DNA from: Heterodontus francisci
Lineage: Eukaryota
Length of the DNA stretch: 64,000 nt
Assembly (NCBI RefSeq): GCF_036365525.1
Contig: NC_090404.1
Location: 1,798,001-1,862,000 of the forward strand
Reading direction: 5' to 3'
Positions 62,510 through 64,000 of this stretch are shown one piece after another. The position numbers and the translations under genes are program-made. Positions within the stretch are counted from its first letter, which is position 1, and every line of letters starts with the position of its first letter. The notes beneath the pieces were generated by a model. It saw only the letters and a list, made by a program, of their open reading frames with translations. It was not told the DNA's origin and did not search any database.

Positions 62510-63165
62510 AGCATTGCTGTCAAGGCCAACATTTACTGCCCATCCCTAATTGCCCTTGATAAGGTGGTGGTGAACTGCCTCCTTGAACTGCTGCAGTCCA
62601 TCTGGTGTACGTGCATCCACAGTGCTGTTAGGAAGGGAGTTACAGGTTTTTCACTAAGTGACAGTGAAGGAACAGCGATATGGTTCCAAGTCAGGATGGT
62701 GGATGATTTGGAAAGAAACTTGCAGGTGGTGGTGTTCCCATGCGTCTGCTGCCCTTGTCCTTCTAGGTAGTAGAGGTGGCGGGTTTGGAAGGTGTTGTCG
62801 AAGGAGCCTTGGTGAGTTGCTGCAGTGGATCTTATAGATGGTATACAGACTACTGCCACTGTGCGTCAGTGGTGGAGGGAGTGAACGTTTAATGTGATGA
62901 ATGGGGTGCCTATCAAGTGGGCTGCTTTGTCCTGGATGGTGTCGAGATCCTTGAGTGTTGTTGGAGTTGCACCCATCCAGGTAACTATTTCATCACACTC
63001 CTGACTTGTGCCTTGCAATTGGTGGACTGGCTTTGGGGAGTCAGGAGGTGAGTTACTCACAGCAGAATTCCCTGAATGTCAAGGGGAGATGGTTAGATTC
63101 TCTCATTGGAGATGGTCATTGCCTGGCACTTGGGTGGCGTGAATGTTACTTGCCACTTATCAGCC
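62510..63165 (-). mobile_element. LINE family B 3' fragment
   Basis: Homologous to about 7850-8640 (LDTIQDKAA; same tail). Confidence 0.75.
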
Positions 63166-64000
63166 CGTGTATCACACACACACATACCAGTAACACTGTC
63201 TAAGGTAATATTCTGTCCATCTACATCTATGTTTCTCTCTCTCTCTCTCTCTTTCGCTCATTCTCTCATTATGTATTTATTTATATAAGATGTGCGAGTC
63301 TCCAAATAGGTTCATTATTATGTGGAACATTCCCCATTACAATTTCACTGTTGAATTTCCAGTAGCTGTTACTGATTTGCAGAATTGTGCCGGGGTTCAG
63401 AACCAGGAGGAAGAGGTACCTTTTACCGATCACCCACCCAGACACAGGTCAGTGGGTTGCTCACAGAACCGGTCACTGCTGTCCTCAAGATCAACAGCGG
63501 AAACGCCTGTTTAGACAGAGTCCTTATCAGCAACAAGCAGCAACACACAGTCACCCAGAACTAAACTAAACTCACTCCAGCAGCAATGATTGATAGAAAC
63601 CGCACTCTAAATGTTTCCCTGACTGGGCTGGAGTTTCTAAGCTGCCTGTGATACCCAGCCTGGAATGTCCCACCTCCTGTGTTTTCCATCCTGTTTCCCT
63701 TTAGGCTGTGTTGTGAAGCCTGGCCCAGGGCTCACTGAGGCTGCCCCAAGTTCGACTAACCCATTACTGATGGGATTTAAGGAGAGTGGGATCTTTTCCC
63801 CAGTATGTTTGACAAGGGTTGATGTAATGGACAGTGTTCCTCACAATGGGGTGCAGTGCTGCAGTGGTTGTGTTACCGGACCCGGAATCCAGAAGCCTGG
63901 ATTAATCCAGTAAATTCATAAATCCCACCAGTCTGAGAATTCGAAATTCAGTTTAAATTGATAAAAATCATGTTGAGAGGTGGGGTTTTAAATGCTCGGA

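Overview
Cartilaginous-fish (shark-type) genomic DNA. The minus strand carries one complete, apparently intact germline immunoglobulin heavy-chain minilocus of the IgW (IgD-like) class, about 42 kb long: leader - VH(23-RSS) - D1a(12/23) - D1b(12/23) - D2(12/12) - JH(23) - CH1 - CH2 - Sec1 - CH3 - CH4 - Sec2 - CH5 - CH6 - CH7 - CH8+tailpiece - TM1 - TM2. Exons were read by hand. All have GT/AG borders and compatible phases, and none has an internal stop. JH, the D segments, the real CH1 frame, both Cys-rich secretory exons and TM2 are missing from the ORF track. Notable points: (1) two sequence-identical D segments from a local duplication; (2) an old [Sec-CH-CH] duplication in which only the secretory exons look homogenised, differing by one cysteine; (3) no IgM-type cryptic TM donor in CH8; (4) a possible VH-CH1-Cys short form; (5) two 4-5 kb minisatellites inside the introns where isoform choice is made. 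The rest is repeat DNA: CR1, RTE, L1/Tx1 and Penelope retroelements (with hammerhead-like motifs), SINEs, a hAT element and satellites. The species cannot be determined from the sequence alone. Repeat-family names come from motif recognition, not database search, and repeat boundaries are approximate.
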